Source of the DNA: a virus
Virus record (IMG/VR): IMGVR_UViG_3300045988_153285
Coordinates: 64,001-128,000 of that record
DNA length: 64,000 bases
Reading direction: 5' to 3' (one strand)
Below, piece by piece: positions 18,303 through 28,046 of the stretch. A program made the position numbers and the translations under genes. Below the pieces are notes generated by a model. The model was not told where the DNA came from and did no database searches. It worked only from the letters and a program-made list of their open reading frames with translations. Position 1 is the stretch's first letter; each line of letters starts with the position of its first letter.

Positions 18303-20045
18303 ATGAATTTTAAAATTGAAAAAAGAAATAAATTAAACATAGGGTTCGGAAATGTATTAGAATCATTGTTAAAAGTTAGAGGTGTTGAAGATGTAAATAA
18401 ATTTCTAAATTTAACAGATGATGTTATAGAGGATATTAATAATTATGATAACATTGAAGTAGCTTCCCATATATTACTTGAACATTTAAAATGTAATAGT
18501 AAAATTGCAATAATAGTTGATAATGATGGTGATGGTTTTTCTAGTGCAGCTTTATTATATAATTACATAAAACGAATAAAACCTTCAATTAAATTAGAGT
18601 ATTTAATTCATAGCAATAAGGCTCATGGTTTAACTGAAGAGATGATGGAAAATATAAGAGCGGGAAATTATAATTTATTATTTATACCTGATGCTGGTAG
18701 TGGAAATATACAGCAACATAAGATATTGAAAGAAAAACTAGCTATGGATATTATAGTATTAGATCATCACCAATGCAATAAATATTCTCCATATGCTTGT
18801 GTTGTAAATAATCAAATGTCTAAAAATGTGAGGAATAAATCAATCACAGGAGTTGGAGTCACATATAAGTTTTGCAAGTATATTGACAATATACTGAATT
18901 TAAATGTAGCAGATGATTTTTTAGACTTATTAGCATATGGTATGGTTAGTGATAGTGCTGATTTAAGAGAATTGGAAAGTAGATATTTAGTATTGGAAGG
19001 ATTGAATAGAATTCAAGATGGTGTAAATTCAAATGAACTTTTAAAGAAACTATATAAATCTAAATCATATTCGATGAATAATAAATGTACAATAAGTGGA
19101 ATGGCTTTTTACATGTGTCCTGCTATAAATTGTATAATACGTGGAGGAGATTTAGAGATAAAGACAATATTATTCAAGGCATTTATAGGTTCAGATGAAA
19201 TATTTAAAGATAAAATTAGAGGTAAAGGTGAAGTTGAATTATCAGTTGAAGATTATATATTAAGAGTTTATACAAAATTAAAAAAGGTTCAAGATAAAGC
19301 TGCGGAAGAAGGAGTTGAGTTGATGAAAAATCAAATTAATCAATTTAACTTAAATAATAGTGAAATTATTATTGTCAATGGAACTGAAATAGAAAATAAA
19401 ACTTATAATAGATTAATAGTTAATAAATTATGCAGCGCTTATAATAAACATATACTTCTATTAAGTGAAACTGGAAGTTCACTATCTGGTAGTGGAACTG
19501 GAGCAAAAAATAAAGAGATTTCTGATTTTAGAAAATGGTGCGAATTAACTGGATTATTTAATTATTGTGAAGGACACCCTTCTGCATTTGGATGTCAAAT
19601 TCCAACATATAATATAAATAAATTATACGAATTGATATCAACAATTCCTTCAAGTGATGTATTAGTATATAACGTGGATGAAATATTTACAGAGAAATCT
19701 TTAAATAAAGCTACTGTATCATTTATAGGTAGCTATGATTATATATGGGGTAATAAATTAGATGAACCTATATTTGCAATAGAAGATATTATTGTTGACT
19801 CTAATAACATCAAGTTAATGGGAAAAAATAAAAATACTATAAAAATAATACATAATGGAATTGAGTTTATAAAGTTCAAGTCATCTGAAGATGAGTATAA
19901 TAATATAATGAAAAATAAACATAATATTTTTACAATAGTAGGAAAATTTAAAGTTAATGAATATTGTGGTAATACTACACCACAAGTATTAATTGAAGAT
20001 TATAAATATAAAGCTACAGAAGTAAAACCAAAATTTATATTTTAA
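18303..20045 (+). CDS. RecJ-like DHH-family phosphoesterase/exonuclease
   Basis: DHH motifs IIVDNDGDGFSS, IPDAGS, VLDHHQ. Track start GTG 18291; ATG 18303 preferred. Confidence 0.6.
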   Translation: MNFKIEKRNKLNIGFGNVLESLLKVRGVEDVNKFLNLTDDVIEDINNYDNIEVASHILLEHLKCNSKIAIIVDNDGDGFSSAALLYNYIKRIKPSIKLEYLIHSNKAHGLTEEMMENIRAGNYNLLFIPDAGSGNIQQHKILKEKLAMDIIVLDHHQCNKYSPYACVVNNQMSKNVRNKSITGVGVTYKFCKYIDNILNLNVADDFLDLLAYGMVSDSADLRELESRYLVLEGLNRIQDGVNSNELLKKLYKSKSYSMNNKCTISGMAFYMCPAINCIIRGGDLEIKTILFKAFIGSDEIFKDKIRGKGEVELSVEDYILRVYTKLKKVQDKAAEEGVELMKNQINQFNLNNSEIIIVNGTEIENKTYNRLIVNKLCSAYNKHILLLSETGSSLSGSGTGAKNKEISDFRKWCELTGLFNYCEGHPSAFGCQIPTYNINKLYELISTIPSSDVLVYNVDEIFTEKSLNKATVSFIGSYDYIWGNKLDEPIFAIEDIIVDSNNIKLMGKNKNTIKIIHNGIEFIKFKSSEDEYNNIMKNKHNIFTIVGKFKVNEYCGNTTPQVLIEDYKYKATEVKPKFIF

Positions 20046-20094
20046 ATATAAATTAATAAAATATATTGACAAATAAATTGAATTTTGTTAACTT
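20046..20094 (+). promoter_or_regulatory. conserved-box promoter (copy 4)
   Basis: ATATAAATTAATAAAAT-ata-TTGACA(20066-20071)-17 bp-TAACTT preceded by TGt (extended -10). Confidence 0.6.
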
Positions 20095-20114
20095 GAATAT
20101 GAGGTGATGAAAAT

Positions 20115-22640
20115 ATGAAGTATGACATAATAGCTTATGATTTTGAGGTATTCAGTAAAGCTAAATGGTGGATGGTTGTTTTTATTGATTATGAAACTAG
20201 AGAAAAAACTATAATATTAAATAATAAACAGGAGCTAGAGGAATACTATAGATTACACAAAGATGATATTTTTATAGGGTATAATTCTAGGGGATATGAC
20301 CAATGGATTTTAAAAGGAATATTATTAGGTAAAGATCCATTTAAAATTAATGATGGTATTATAGAAGAAGATAAAAAAGGCCATCAATTATTAAGAAATG
20401 CCAAAGAAGTCGTTTTAAATAATTTTGATGTTGCTAATCCTATGAATAGCTTAAAACAATTGGAGGGTTTCATGGGAAGTATGATTAAAGAATCATCAGT
20501 ACCATTTGATTTAGATAGACCTTTAACAGAAGATGAAATACAAGAAACGATAAAATATTGTACACATGATGTAGAAGAAACGATAAAAGTTTTTGAATAT
20601 AAAAAAGAAGATTTTGATAGCCAACTATTATTAATTGAAACTTTTGATTTAGGAATGGATATGTTCAATAAAACTAAAGCACAATTATCAGCTCATATTC
20701 TTGGAACTGTAAAACAAGAATCTATAGATGATGAATTTGATTTTGAATTTCCAAAAACATTAATTTTAAATAAATATAAATACATACAAGATTGGTACAG
20801 AAATCCAAGGAATTTAACTTACGATAGAAAATTAGAAGTTGAGGTTGCTGGATGTCCTACAACATTTGCTTATGGTGGGGTTCATGGTGCAAAATCTAAT
20901 TGTTTCAGAGAAGGTATAATATTATGTTTTGACGTTGCATCCCTATATCCATCAATTATGATAAATTATAATTGTCTTAGTAGGAACGTATTGGAACCTA
21001 AAAAATATGAAGAAATAAAACACCAAAGATTAGAGTTTAAGAAACAAAAAGATAAAAGGCAAGCTCCACTAAAAATCGTATTAAATTCAACTTACGGTAT
21101 ATTGAAAGATAAAAACAATCCTTTTTATGATCCTAGAATGAGTAATCAAGTTTGTGTTACTGGGCAATTACTACTTTTAGATTTAGTTGAGAAAGTTGAA
21201 CACTTAGGTGAAGTGTTACAGATGAATACTGATGGTGTTTACATGTATATGAAAGACATGGAATCTGTTGAAAAAGTAAAGCAAATTGCACATGAATGGG
21301 AAAGAAGAACAATGTTAGAGTTGGAGTTTGATATTTACGCTAAGATATACCAAAGAGATGTAAATAATTATATTATAGTTGATGAAAATGGTCACTATAA
21401 ATCTAAAGGTTGTGTGAAGAAAAAGTCTCCAATTGATTACGATTTACCTATTATAACTAAAGCAATTATAAATTATTGTGTAAATGATATACCAATAGAA
21501 GACACAATAAATAATTGTGACGACTTAATGGAGTTTCAAAAAATAGTAAAAGTATCAAAGCTATATAAATATGCTTATTATGGTACAGTAAAACAAATAA
21601 CAGAAGGTAAGAATAAATTTACTGTTAGAGATGAGGGAATTAAATTACCAGAAAAAGTATTAAGAGTATTTGCCTCATCAAGAGATGATGATAAAGGAGT
21701 ATTCAAAGTAAAAAATGAAAAGAAAGTAGAGAAAATAGCTAATACTCCAGATAAATGTTTTATATTTAATGAGGATGTTAAGTATGAAAAATGCCCAGAC
21801 TATTTAGATAGATCATATTATATTGAATTAGCCAAAGAACAATTAAATGATTTCCTTGGGCTAAATGATAAAGTTATAAAAATTAAAAAAAGTAATGAAG
21901 AACAGATATTAGAGGTATTAAATAAAAATTACACTGATTTTTACGATGTTCTAGTAGATATAAAGTTAAATACAAATATAACTAATGCGATTCTATTGAA
22001 ATATATAAATATAGAAGCATTCAATAGATTTGGTAAGTGTAAAAAGCTATCAAAGTACTTAAATTTATTTAAAATGATATACGGCAAGAAAAGTGTAACA
22101 CCTAAAATGATAAAAGATATAAATAATGATGAAATATTAGATATATTGAAATCTAATTGCGATTATGATTCTATCAAGAATACATATAAGAACTTAAATA
22201 GTGAACAAGCTCTTAGAGATATATTTAAATATTTACCAGATGAGGATATTCATATCTCAACAAAAATAAAACAAGAGTATGACTTGTATGATGATTTAAC
22301 AATAAAAGATTCTTCACTAGATGAAAATTTAATTTTCATAATGAATATAAACAATACAAAAAATCCTTCCATCATAGCTTATAACTTAAAGTATGGAGTC
22401 GTAAATATACTTAAAATTAATAAAGAAATATTCAATATATTAGAATTAAGAGTTGGAGACTTTGTTTATATAAAATCGATGGAACGAAAACCAAAAGTCA
22501 AAGTTATAGATAAGGTGGATGGTGTTAATGTATTAGGGTGTTCTGAAGAGTTTTATGATTGGTGGTTAAATGAGTATGAAATCATACTTAGAGATTATGG
22601 TAAAAACAATAAATTAATTGTAGATACTGAAATGGAGTGA
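20115..22640 (+). CDS. family B DNA polymerase
   Basis: Exo motifs YDFEVF, YNSRGYDQWIL, YCTHDVEET. Pol motifs DVASLYPSIM (A), LNSTYG (B), MNTDGVY (C). Confidence 0.85.
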   Translation: MKYDIIAYDFEVFSKAKWWMVVFIDYETREKTIILNNKQELEEYYRLHKDDIFIGYNSRGYDQWILKGILLGKDPFKINDGIIEEDKKGHQLLRNAKEVVLNNFDVANPMNSLKQLEGFMGSMIKESSVPFDLDRPLTEDEIQETIKYCTHDVEETIKVFEYKKEDFDSQLLLIETFDLGMDMFNKTKAQLSAHILGTVKQESIDDEFDFEFPKTLILNKYKYIQDWYRNPRNLTYDRKLEVEVAGCPTTFAYGGVHGAKSNCFREGIILCFDVASLYPSIMINYNCLSRNVLEPKKYEEIKHQRLEFKKQKDKRQAPLKIVLNSTYGILKDKNNPFYDPRMSNQVCVTGQLLLLDLVEKVEHLGEVLQMNTDGVYMYMKDMESVEKVKQIAHEWERRTMLELEFDIYAKIYQRDVNNYIIVDENGHYKSKGCVKKKSPIDYDLPIITKAIINYCVNDIPIEDTINNCDDLMEFQKIVKVSKLYKYAYYGTVKQITEGKNKFTVRDEGIKLPEKVLRVFASSRDDDKGVFKVKNEKKVEKIANTPDKCFIFNEDVKYEKCPDYLDRSYYIELAKEQLNDFLGLNDKVIKIKKSNEEQILEVLNKNYTDFYDVLVDIKLNTNITNAILLKYINIEAFNRFGKCKKLSKYLNLFKMIYGKKSVTPKMIKDINNDEILDILKSNCDYDSIKNTYKNLNSEQALRDIFKYLPDEDIHISTKIKQEYDLYDDLTIKDSSLDENLIFIMNINNTKNPSIIAYNLKYGVVNILKINKEIFNILELRVGDFVYIKSMERKPKVKVIDKVDGVNVLGCSEEFYDWWLNEYEIILRDYGKNNKLIVDTEME

Positions 22641-22644
22641 TAAT

Positions 22645-24876
22645 ATGAATAAAGAAAATATTGTAAAATGTATAGTTGAGTTAGGGAAGGTATTCTTCCC
22701 TAAAGGTAAATCTCATATAAAATCAGGTGAATTTGGTATATTTGTCGCTGATATAATTGAACCAATAGATAATTGTGAAAATATATATAAGAACATCAAA
22801 TTAAAAGGTACTTGCTGTGAAATACAATATGGTGAAAAATATAAAGTATCTTGTAAATTATGTGATGTAAATGAGAAGTTTGGGAATACATATGAAATAG
22901 TATATATAAATAGAATTGTTGATTTAAAAGATGAAGTCAAGCAAAAGAATTTTTTAATGTCAATATTAAATGAGAATGTTGTAGCAAGATTGTACGATGA
23001 ATGTGAAAATGTCATAGATTTATTAGATAATGAAGATGTAGAAAGTTTAAGTAAGATTAAAGGAATTGGTGTAAAATCAGCAATGAGATTAATTGAGAAA
23101 TATAAAGATTGTAAGGATTACAGTGAAGTATATTCTGAACTAGGCCATTTAGGTTTTACAAGTAACTTAATAAAGAGATTGGTAGATTATTATAAATCAC
23201 CAGATGTTGTAATTGATATAGTTAAAACTAATCCATATCAGTTAGTAAATGTAGATGGTATTGGATTTAAAAAGGCAGATGAAATAGCAGCTAAAACTGG
23301 AATAAAAGGAGCTAATCCAAACAGAATTAAAGGTTGCATATTGTATATATTAAATCAATCAGGTGAAATAGGTAAAAGTTTTTTACATTATAGTGATTTA
23401 TTGAAGCAATTAAGCGATAATATTGGGTTTATTGAACAGGATGTTATAAATAAGGTTGCTAGTGATTTAATATCAAAGAATGAAGTTTATTTAAGTGAAA
23501 ATGGGGAGTACATTGGTTTAAAAAAATATTATAATTTAGAAAATAAAATTAAAAATGAATTATTAAGAATAGCTAATAGTGAAAGTAAAATGAAAATAAA
23601 CAATATTGAAGAAACAATACAATTAACAGAAAAAGATCAAGGATTTGATTTCACAGAAGAACAAAGAAATGCAATTATTGAATTTACAAAAGCAAATGTA
23701 TTAGCATTAACTGGAGGTGCTGGTTGTGGTAAAACTAGTGTGTCTAAGGGTATGATGGATTTGATAAAGAAATATTCAATATGTGCATGCGCTTTAAGTG
23801 GAAAAGCTTCTGTTAGAATTACTGAGGCTACTGGAATAGAAGCAAGCACAATACATAGATTATTAGGATTCCAACATGGAGAGTTTGTGTACAATAAAAA
23901 GAATCAATTAATTGCTGATGCAGTATTTTTAGATGAAGCTACTATGGTCAACGGTGAATTATTTTTAAGTCTATTAGAGGCAATTCCAAATGGTTGTAAA
24001 TTAGTAATGATGGGTGACGTGCAACAATTAACACCTATTGGAAGTTGTCAAGTATTCGCAGATGTATTGAGTTCAAAATCCATAACTTCATGTAAATTAA
24101 CAAAACCTCATAGACAAGCTATGAAATCAGGAATTATTCCATTATCAATGAATATAATAAATCAAAATAATATATTTGATTCAACATTTGAAGGTAGAAC
24201 TATATTAGGTGAGTTAAAAGACATGGAATTGAATATATATAAATCGAATGAATCGCATTTAAATGAAGTAGTTGAGTGTTTCATGAGGGAGTATAACAAG
24301 ACAAATGATTTAATGGAAACCCAAATAATAGCACCAATGAGAAATAGAGGAGACTTCTCAACATATGCAATTAACATTGAAGTTCAAAAAAGAATAAATC
24401 CCATTAATTCAAATAGAAAACATATAACTGTGTCGCTAGATAAGGAAAGATTTTATACTATTCAAGTAGGGGATAAAGTTATAAATACTAAAAATAATTA
24501 TAAATCGAAAAATGCAGATGGTATTGAAGTTCCCGTTTTTAATGGAAATATGGGTATTGTTAAAGATATAGATGGTGAGTTAATTACAGTAGACTTTATA
24601 GGTATTGGTGAATTAATATTAGATGCAAAAGGCGCAAAGAGTTTAGAGTTAGGCTATGCAATTACAATACATAAAAGTCAAGGTTCTGGATTTTCAACTG
24701 TAATTGGAGCTATAGACTCATCTGCATATGTTTTATTAAATGCTGAATTATTATATACATTGGTAACTAGAGCTAAAAAGTATTGTGTGTTAATTGGTAA
24801 AAATACAGCAATCAGAACTGCGATCAAAAAAAGAGAAATAAAAAATAAACAAACATATTTAAATAATATTTTATAG
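22645..24876 (+). CDS. RecD-like SF1 DNA helicase
   Basis: HhH IKGIGVKSAMRLIE; Walker A LTGGAGCGKTS; FLDEATMV; GDVQQLTPIG; ITIHKSQGSGF. Confidence 0.8.
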   Translation: MNKENIVKCIVELGKVFFPKGKSHIKSGEFGIFVADIIEPIDNCENIYKNIKLKGTCCEIQYGEKYKVSCKLCDVNEKFGNTYEIVYINRIVDLKDEVKQKNFLMSILNENVVARLYDECENVIDLLDNEDVESLSKIKGIGVKSAMRLIEKYKDCKDYSEVYSELGHLGFTSNLIKRLVDYYKSPDVVIDIVKTNPYQLVNVDGIGFKKADEIAAKTGIKGANPNRIKGCILYILNQSGEIGKSFLHYSDLLKQLSDNIGFIEQDVINKVASDLISKNEVYLSENGEYIGLKKYYNLENKIKNELLRIANSESKMKINNIEETIQLTEKDQGFDFTEEQRNAIIEFTKANVLALTGGAGCGKTSVSKGMMDLIKKYSICACALSGKASVRITEATGIEASTIHRLLGFQHGEFVYNKKNQLIADAVFLDEATMVNGELFLSLLEAIPNGCKLVMMGDVQQLTPIGSCQVFADVLSSKSITSCKLTKPHRQAMKSGIIPLSMNIINQNNIFDSTFEGRTILGELKDMELNIYKSNESHLNEVVECFMREYNKTNDLMETQIIAPMRNRGDFSTYAINIEVQKRINPINSNRKHITVSLDKERFYTIQVGDKVINTKNNYKSKNADGIEVPVFNGNMGIVKDIDGELITVDFIGIGELILDAKGAKSLELGYAITIHKSQGSGFSTVIGAIDSSAYVLLNAELLYTLVTRAKKYCVLIGKNTAIRTAIKKREIKNKQTYLNNIL

Positions 24877-24933
24877 TTAAATTTTCAAATAAAAGTCTAG
24901 TTTTATAAAAATTAAAATAATAGGAGTGATTAA

Positions 24934-25026
24934 ATGAAATATGTAATGAGTGATATACATGGTTGTTACGATGAATTTATAAATATGTTAGAGTTAATTA
25001 ACTTTAATGAAGGTGATGAATTATAA
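24934..25026 (+). pseudogene. N-terminal stub (30 aa) of a calcineurin-like metallophosphoesterase
   Basis: [30 protein letters not shown] carries motif I (DxHG) and then stops. Own RBS TAGGAG. Confidence 0.6.
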
Positions 25027-25040
25027 AAGGAGTGAATGAT

Positions 25041-26258
25041 ATGAGGAAAGTTTTCTTAGATAATTTACCTAAAAAAATGAGGATAGATAAAGAAATTATT
25101 GATTGGAAGGGTAGTATGGGAATCAAAGTACCGTTTATCTATGATGATATTGAAGGAGAAGTTGAGATTATTAACTATGATAATGGAATTTTAACTATAA
25201 AAAATTTATTGAATAATGAATTTTTTAAAATAAAAACTGATAAATTATCAAAATGTAAACTTGGGAAGATGCTAACGAAGTATACAAAAAACTTTAAATA
25301 TAACATCAATAACAATATTATAAGCGAAAATAGAGATTTAATCATAACCGATAGAGAATATAGGGAGAGAAAACATTCTAATGCAAACAGTATTATAAAT
25401 GATAAATACTATAAATATACATGTAATAAATGTGGTTGGACTGAGGGATGGATTGTAGAGGGAAGCTTAAGTAAGGGTGTTGGATGTTCTTGTTGCTACA
25501 ACAGATCTGCTGTTTTAGGCATAAATACAATATGGGATACTGATAGATGGATGTGTGATTTAGGTGTATCTGAAGAAGATGCAAGAAAATTTACTAAGTC
25601 TAGTGGGAAAAAGATAGAAGTTATATGTCCTGATTGCAAGAAAAGAAAATTGGTTTCGATTGATAAAATATACAAAAATAAATCCATAGGTTGTAGTTGT
25701 GGAGATGGAATTAGTTATCCTGAAAAATTTATAAATGATGCGCTAAATCAATTAAATGTTGAATTTCAAAGTCAATTAACAAAGACAACATTTGAATGGT
25801 GCGGAGACAAAAGATATGACTTTTATATACCAGAATATAATATGATAATTGAAACTCATGGCATACAACACTATGAAGATTGTAATTGGGGTAAAGCATG
25901 TGATATTCAAGAGAACGATAGAATTAAAAAGGAATTAGCAAAAGAAAATGGTATTGAGCATTACGTTGTTATAGATTGTAGATATAGTGAATTAGAATGG
26001 ATTAAGAATTCTATATTAAATAGTAAATTGGTAGATATGCTTAATTTATCTAAAATTGATTGGCTAAAGTGTGAAGAATTTGCACTGAAGAATATTGTCA
26101 GGGAAGTATGTGATTATTGGAATAATAAAGAGGAGTGGGAGACTACAACAACCATTGCAGAAAATAATGAATGGGGAATTAGAAGTGTTATTACAGTAAT
26201 AAAATATCTCAAAAAAGGAACAATCTTAGGATGGTGCAACTATAATCCTAAAAGATAA
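25041..26258 (+). CDS. endonuclease-like protein (zinc ribbons + Vsr/DUF559-like PD-(D/E)XK core)
   Basis: CNKCGW..CSCC and CPDCKK..CSCG ribbons; RYDFYIPEYNMIIETHGIQHY resembles r.DF....l.iE.dG..H. Sits between the two phosphatase stubs. Confidence 0.4.
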   Translation: MRKVFLDNLPKKMRIDKEIIDWKGSMGIKVPFIYDDIEGEVEIINYDNGILTIKNLLNNEFFKIKTDKLSKCKLGKMLTKYTKNFKYNINNNIISENRDLIITDREYRERKHSNANSIINDKYYKYTCNKCGWTEGWIVEGSLSKGVGCSCCYNRSAVLGINTIWDTDRWMCDLGVSEEDARKFTKSSGKKIEVICPDCKKRKLVSIDKIYKNKSIGCSCGDGISYPEKFINDALNQLNVEFQSQLTKTTFEWCGDKRYDFYIPEYNMIIETHGIQHYEDCNWGKACDIQENDRIKKELAKENGIEHYVVIDCRYSELEWIKNSILNSKLVDMLNLSKIDWLKCEEFALKNIVREVCDYWNNKEEWETTTTIAENNEWGIRSVITVIKYLKKGTILGWCNYNPKR

Positions 26259-26263
26259 TATAG

Positions 26264-26350
26264 TTCACTATGTTTTTTTGTGTATTTAAGAAAGCAAACG
26301 GTAAATTAGCTTGTTTGTGCTTAGATACTATGGAAGAATTTTATATCTAA
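26264..26350 (+). pseudogene. C-terminal stub of the same metallophosphoesterase
   Basis: Frame reads ..FFCVFKKANGKLACLCLDTMEEFYI*, resembling phosphatase C-termini (..GGKLACL.L...EFY.); followed by a terminator. Confidence 0.45.
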
Positions 26351-26355
26351 ATTCA

Positions 26356-26393
26356 AGGCAGCTTAACGGCTGTCTTTTCTTTTTAAATTTTTT
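26356..26393 (+). terminator. rho-independent terminator
   Basis: aggcagc-ttaacg-gctgtct (one G-U pair) followed by tttctttttaaatttttt. Confidence 0.65.
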
Positions 26394-26394
26394 A

Positions 26395-26443
26395 ATATAA
26401 ATTAATAAAATAGGTTGACAAAGGTATAATATGGGTATATAAT
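26395..26443 (+). promoter_or_regulatory. conserved-box promoter (copy 5)
   Basis: ATATAAATTAATAAAAT-agg-TTGACA(26415-26420)-17 bp-TATAAT(26438-26443). Confidence 0.75.
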
Positions 26444-26484
26444 TAAATCATCAAGTAAATAAAATAATAAATGAGGTGGTTAAT

Positions 26485-27096
26485 ATGGCAGAAAGAAATT
26501 ATACTTTAAGTGAATTAAAACTAATTGAAAAGGTAAAAGAAGAAAACACAACTTGTTATTATTGTGGTGATCCATTGAAATCTAAAAATAGAACAATAGA
26601 TCATAAAGTTCCAATAAGCAGAGGTGGACAAACTACATTAGACAATCTAGTAGTAAGCTGCAAAAGATGTAATGAAGAAAAGGGAATGATGAATGATGAA
26701 GAGTATTTAAGTTTCTTAGAAAAGTTTAGAAAATACATAGATGAAGATATTAACTTTAATGAATTAAAAGATATAAAGACTAAATACCAAGGAATATTAG
26801 ATAGGCACAAAGAATTATGTGAGAAGCATCGCTTGATAGGGTGTGAAGTTAGAAAAGTTCAAGATATAATAATGGTTATGAAGATGAATGCAGCAGATGG
26901 ATACATATTAGCAAGAGATTTACAAAAGTTATTAAATGAACAAAATGAAATTAAAAAGCAAAAAGAAAGTATAGCTAAATTAAGAGATATGGCTATAAAT
27001 CAAATAAATGAAATATCTAAGAATATGACGGCTTTAGCAGATACAGTAAGGAGCAATTACAGGAATGATGTAATAAGAAATATCAGATATAAATAA
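26485..27096 (+). CDS. HNH endonuclease with coiled-coil C-terminus
   Basis: CYYCGD...IDHKVPISRGGQTTLDNLVVSCKRCNEEKG; ATG 26485 follows GAGGTGG (track start GTG 26476). Confidence 0.8.
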   Translation: MAERNYTLSELKLIEKVKEENTTCYYCGDPLKSKNRTIDHKVPISRGGQTTLDNLVVSCKRCNEEKGMMNDEEYLSFLEKFRKYIDEDINFNELKDIKTKYQGILDRHKELCEKHRLIGCEVRKVQDIIMVMKMNAADGYILARDLQKLLNEQNEIKKQKESIAKLRDMAINQINEISKNMTALADTVRSNYRNDVIRNIRYK

Positions 27097-27113
27097 AAAT
27101 TAACAAAATAGAG

Positions 27114-27365
27114 GTGATAAAGTTGAATGTAAAGGCATATTATAACCTAACAGAAAGAAGAAGTAAAGTAGAAAGATACATAGAAGATTATGATGTAGTC
27201 ATAAAAGAACTTAGAGATGAAGCTAAGAAGTTGAAGAAGGGTAGCATGGAGAGACAAGAGTTGATGAAAAGAGCGAATGACCTAAAGAATGATTCTACCT
27301 ATAGAGAACTACAAATTGAGCTTAGAACATTAAATTATTGTATTAATACAGTATTTTATAATTAG
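27114..27365 (+). CDS. hypothetical coiled-coil protein, about 80 aa
   Basis: ORF; start ambiguous (GTG 27114 lies inside the RBS-like GAGGTG; TTG 27123 is the alternative). Confidence 0.45.
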   Translation: MIKLNVKAYYNLTERRSKVERYIEDYDVVIKELRDEAKKLKKGSMERQELMKRANDLKNDSTYRELQIELRTLNYCINTVFYN

Positions 27366-27377
27366 GTGGTGATTTGA

Positions 27378-27623
27378 ATGAATGCTTTAATAATTGATAA
27401 TAAACCTTATTGCTCTAAATGTAAAGTGCAATTAGGGAATGGAACAGGTGAATATTCACTAATAACACATGAAGGTAAAAATTACGTAAAGTTTCAAAGA
27501 TATTGTAATAGTTGTAGAAATAAGATTGATTACTATGCAGATATAACTTTAGAAGGAACTACCAGATATTCATTTAGTAATGATGTCAAAGAAATAAAAG
27601 ACGAGGTGAGCAATAATGATTAA
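27378..27623 (+). CDS. zinc-ribbon protein, 81 aa
   Basis: CSKCK...CNSCRN; AGGTGGTGA RBS. Confidence 0.55.
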   Translation: MNALIIDNKPYCSKCKVQLGNGTGEYSLITHEGKNYVKFQRYCNSCRNKIDYYADITLEGTTRYSFSNDVKEIKDEVSNND

Positions 27624-27783
27624 ATTAATTGCTGAAGAGAAGTGTTGTAGAACTACTATAACATTCAGTGAACACAACCAAGAGAAAGAGAATCAGTACT
27701 TAGCAGATTTTAAGGTAAACTCTAATATATATAAGATAATTAGAATTGAAAATGATGAAGAAGTAATTTTATTAGAGAGGTAG
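27616..27783 (+). CDS. hypothetical small protein, 55 aa
   Basis: Below track threshold; ATG overlaps the upstream stop; frame verified. Confidence 0.45.
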   Translation: MIKLIAEEKCCRTTITFSEHNQEKENQYLADFKVNSNIYKIIRIENDEEVILLER

Positions 27784-27786
27784 AAA

Positions 27787-27999
27787 ATGAATAAAAGATT
27801 AAAAACAGATTTAGAAGTTATATGTGAACCGACTTGGGTAAAGATGTGTTGTCCTCATTGTGATGAAGAAATAGAAATTGATTACGATGAATTTACTAGA
27901 AGTATGATCGGTGAGTATTGGTGTGATTGGGAAGGTGAACTAATCACCTGTGAACATTGTGATGAAATTTTTGAAATAGGCTGTGTTCATATGGAATAA
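27787..27999 (+). CDS. zinc-ribbon protein, 70 aa
   Basis: CCPHCDEE...CEHCDE. Confidence 0.55.
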   Translation: MNKRLKTDLEVICEPTWVKMCCPHCDEEIEIDYDEFTRSMIGEYWCDWEGELITCEHCDEIFEIGCVHME

Positions 28000-28046
28000 A
28001 AACGACATTTTATTGAAAAATAAATTAAATAAAAAGGAGTATGATT

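Noticed and set aside
26421-26430. A second TATAAT immediately after the -35 of promoter copy 5
   Set aside because: It lies only 4 bp from TTGACA, which is an impossible spacing. The TATAAT at 26438-26443 has the canonical 17-bp spacer.
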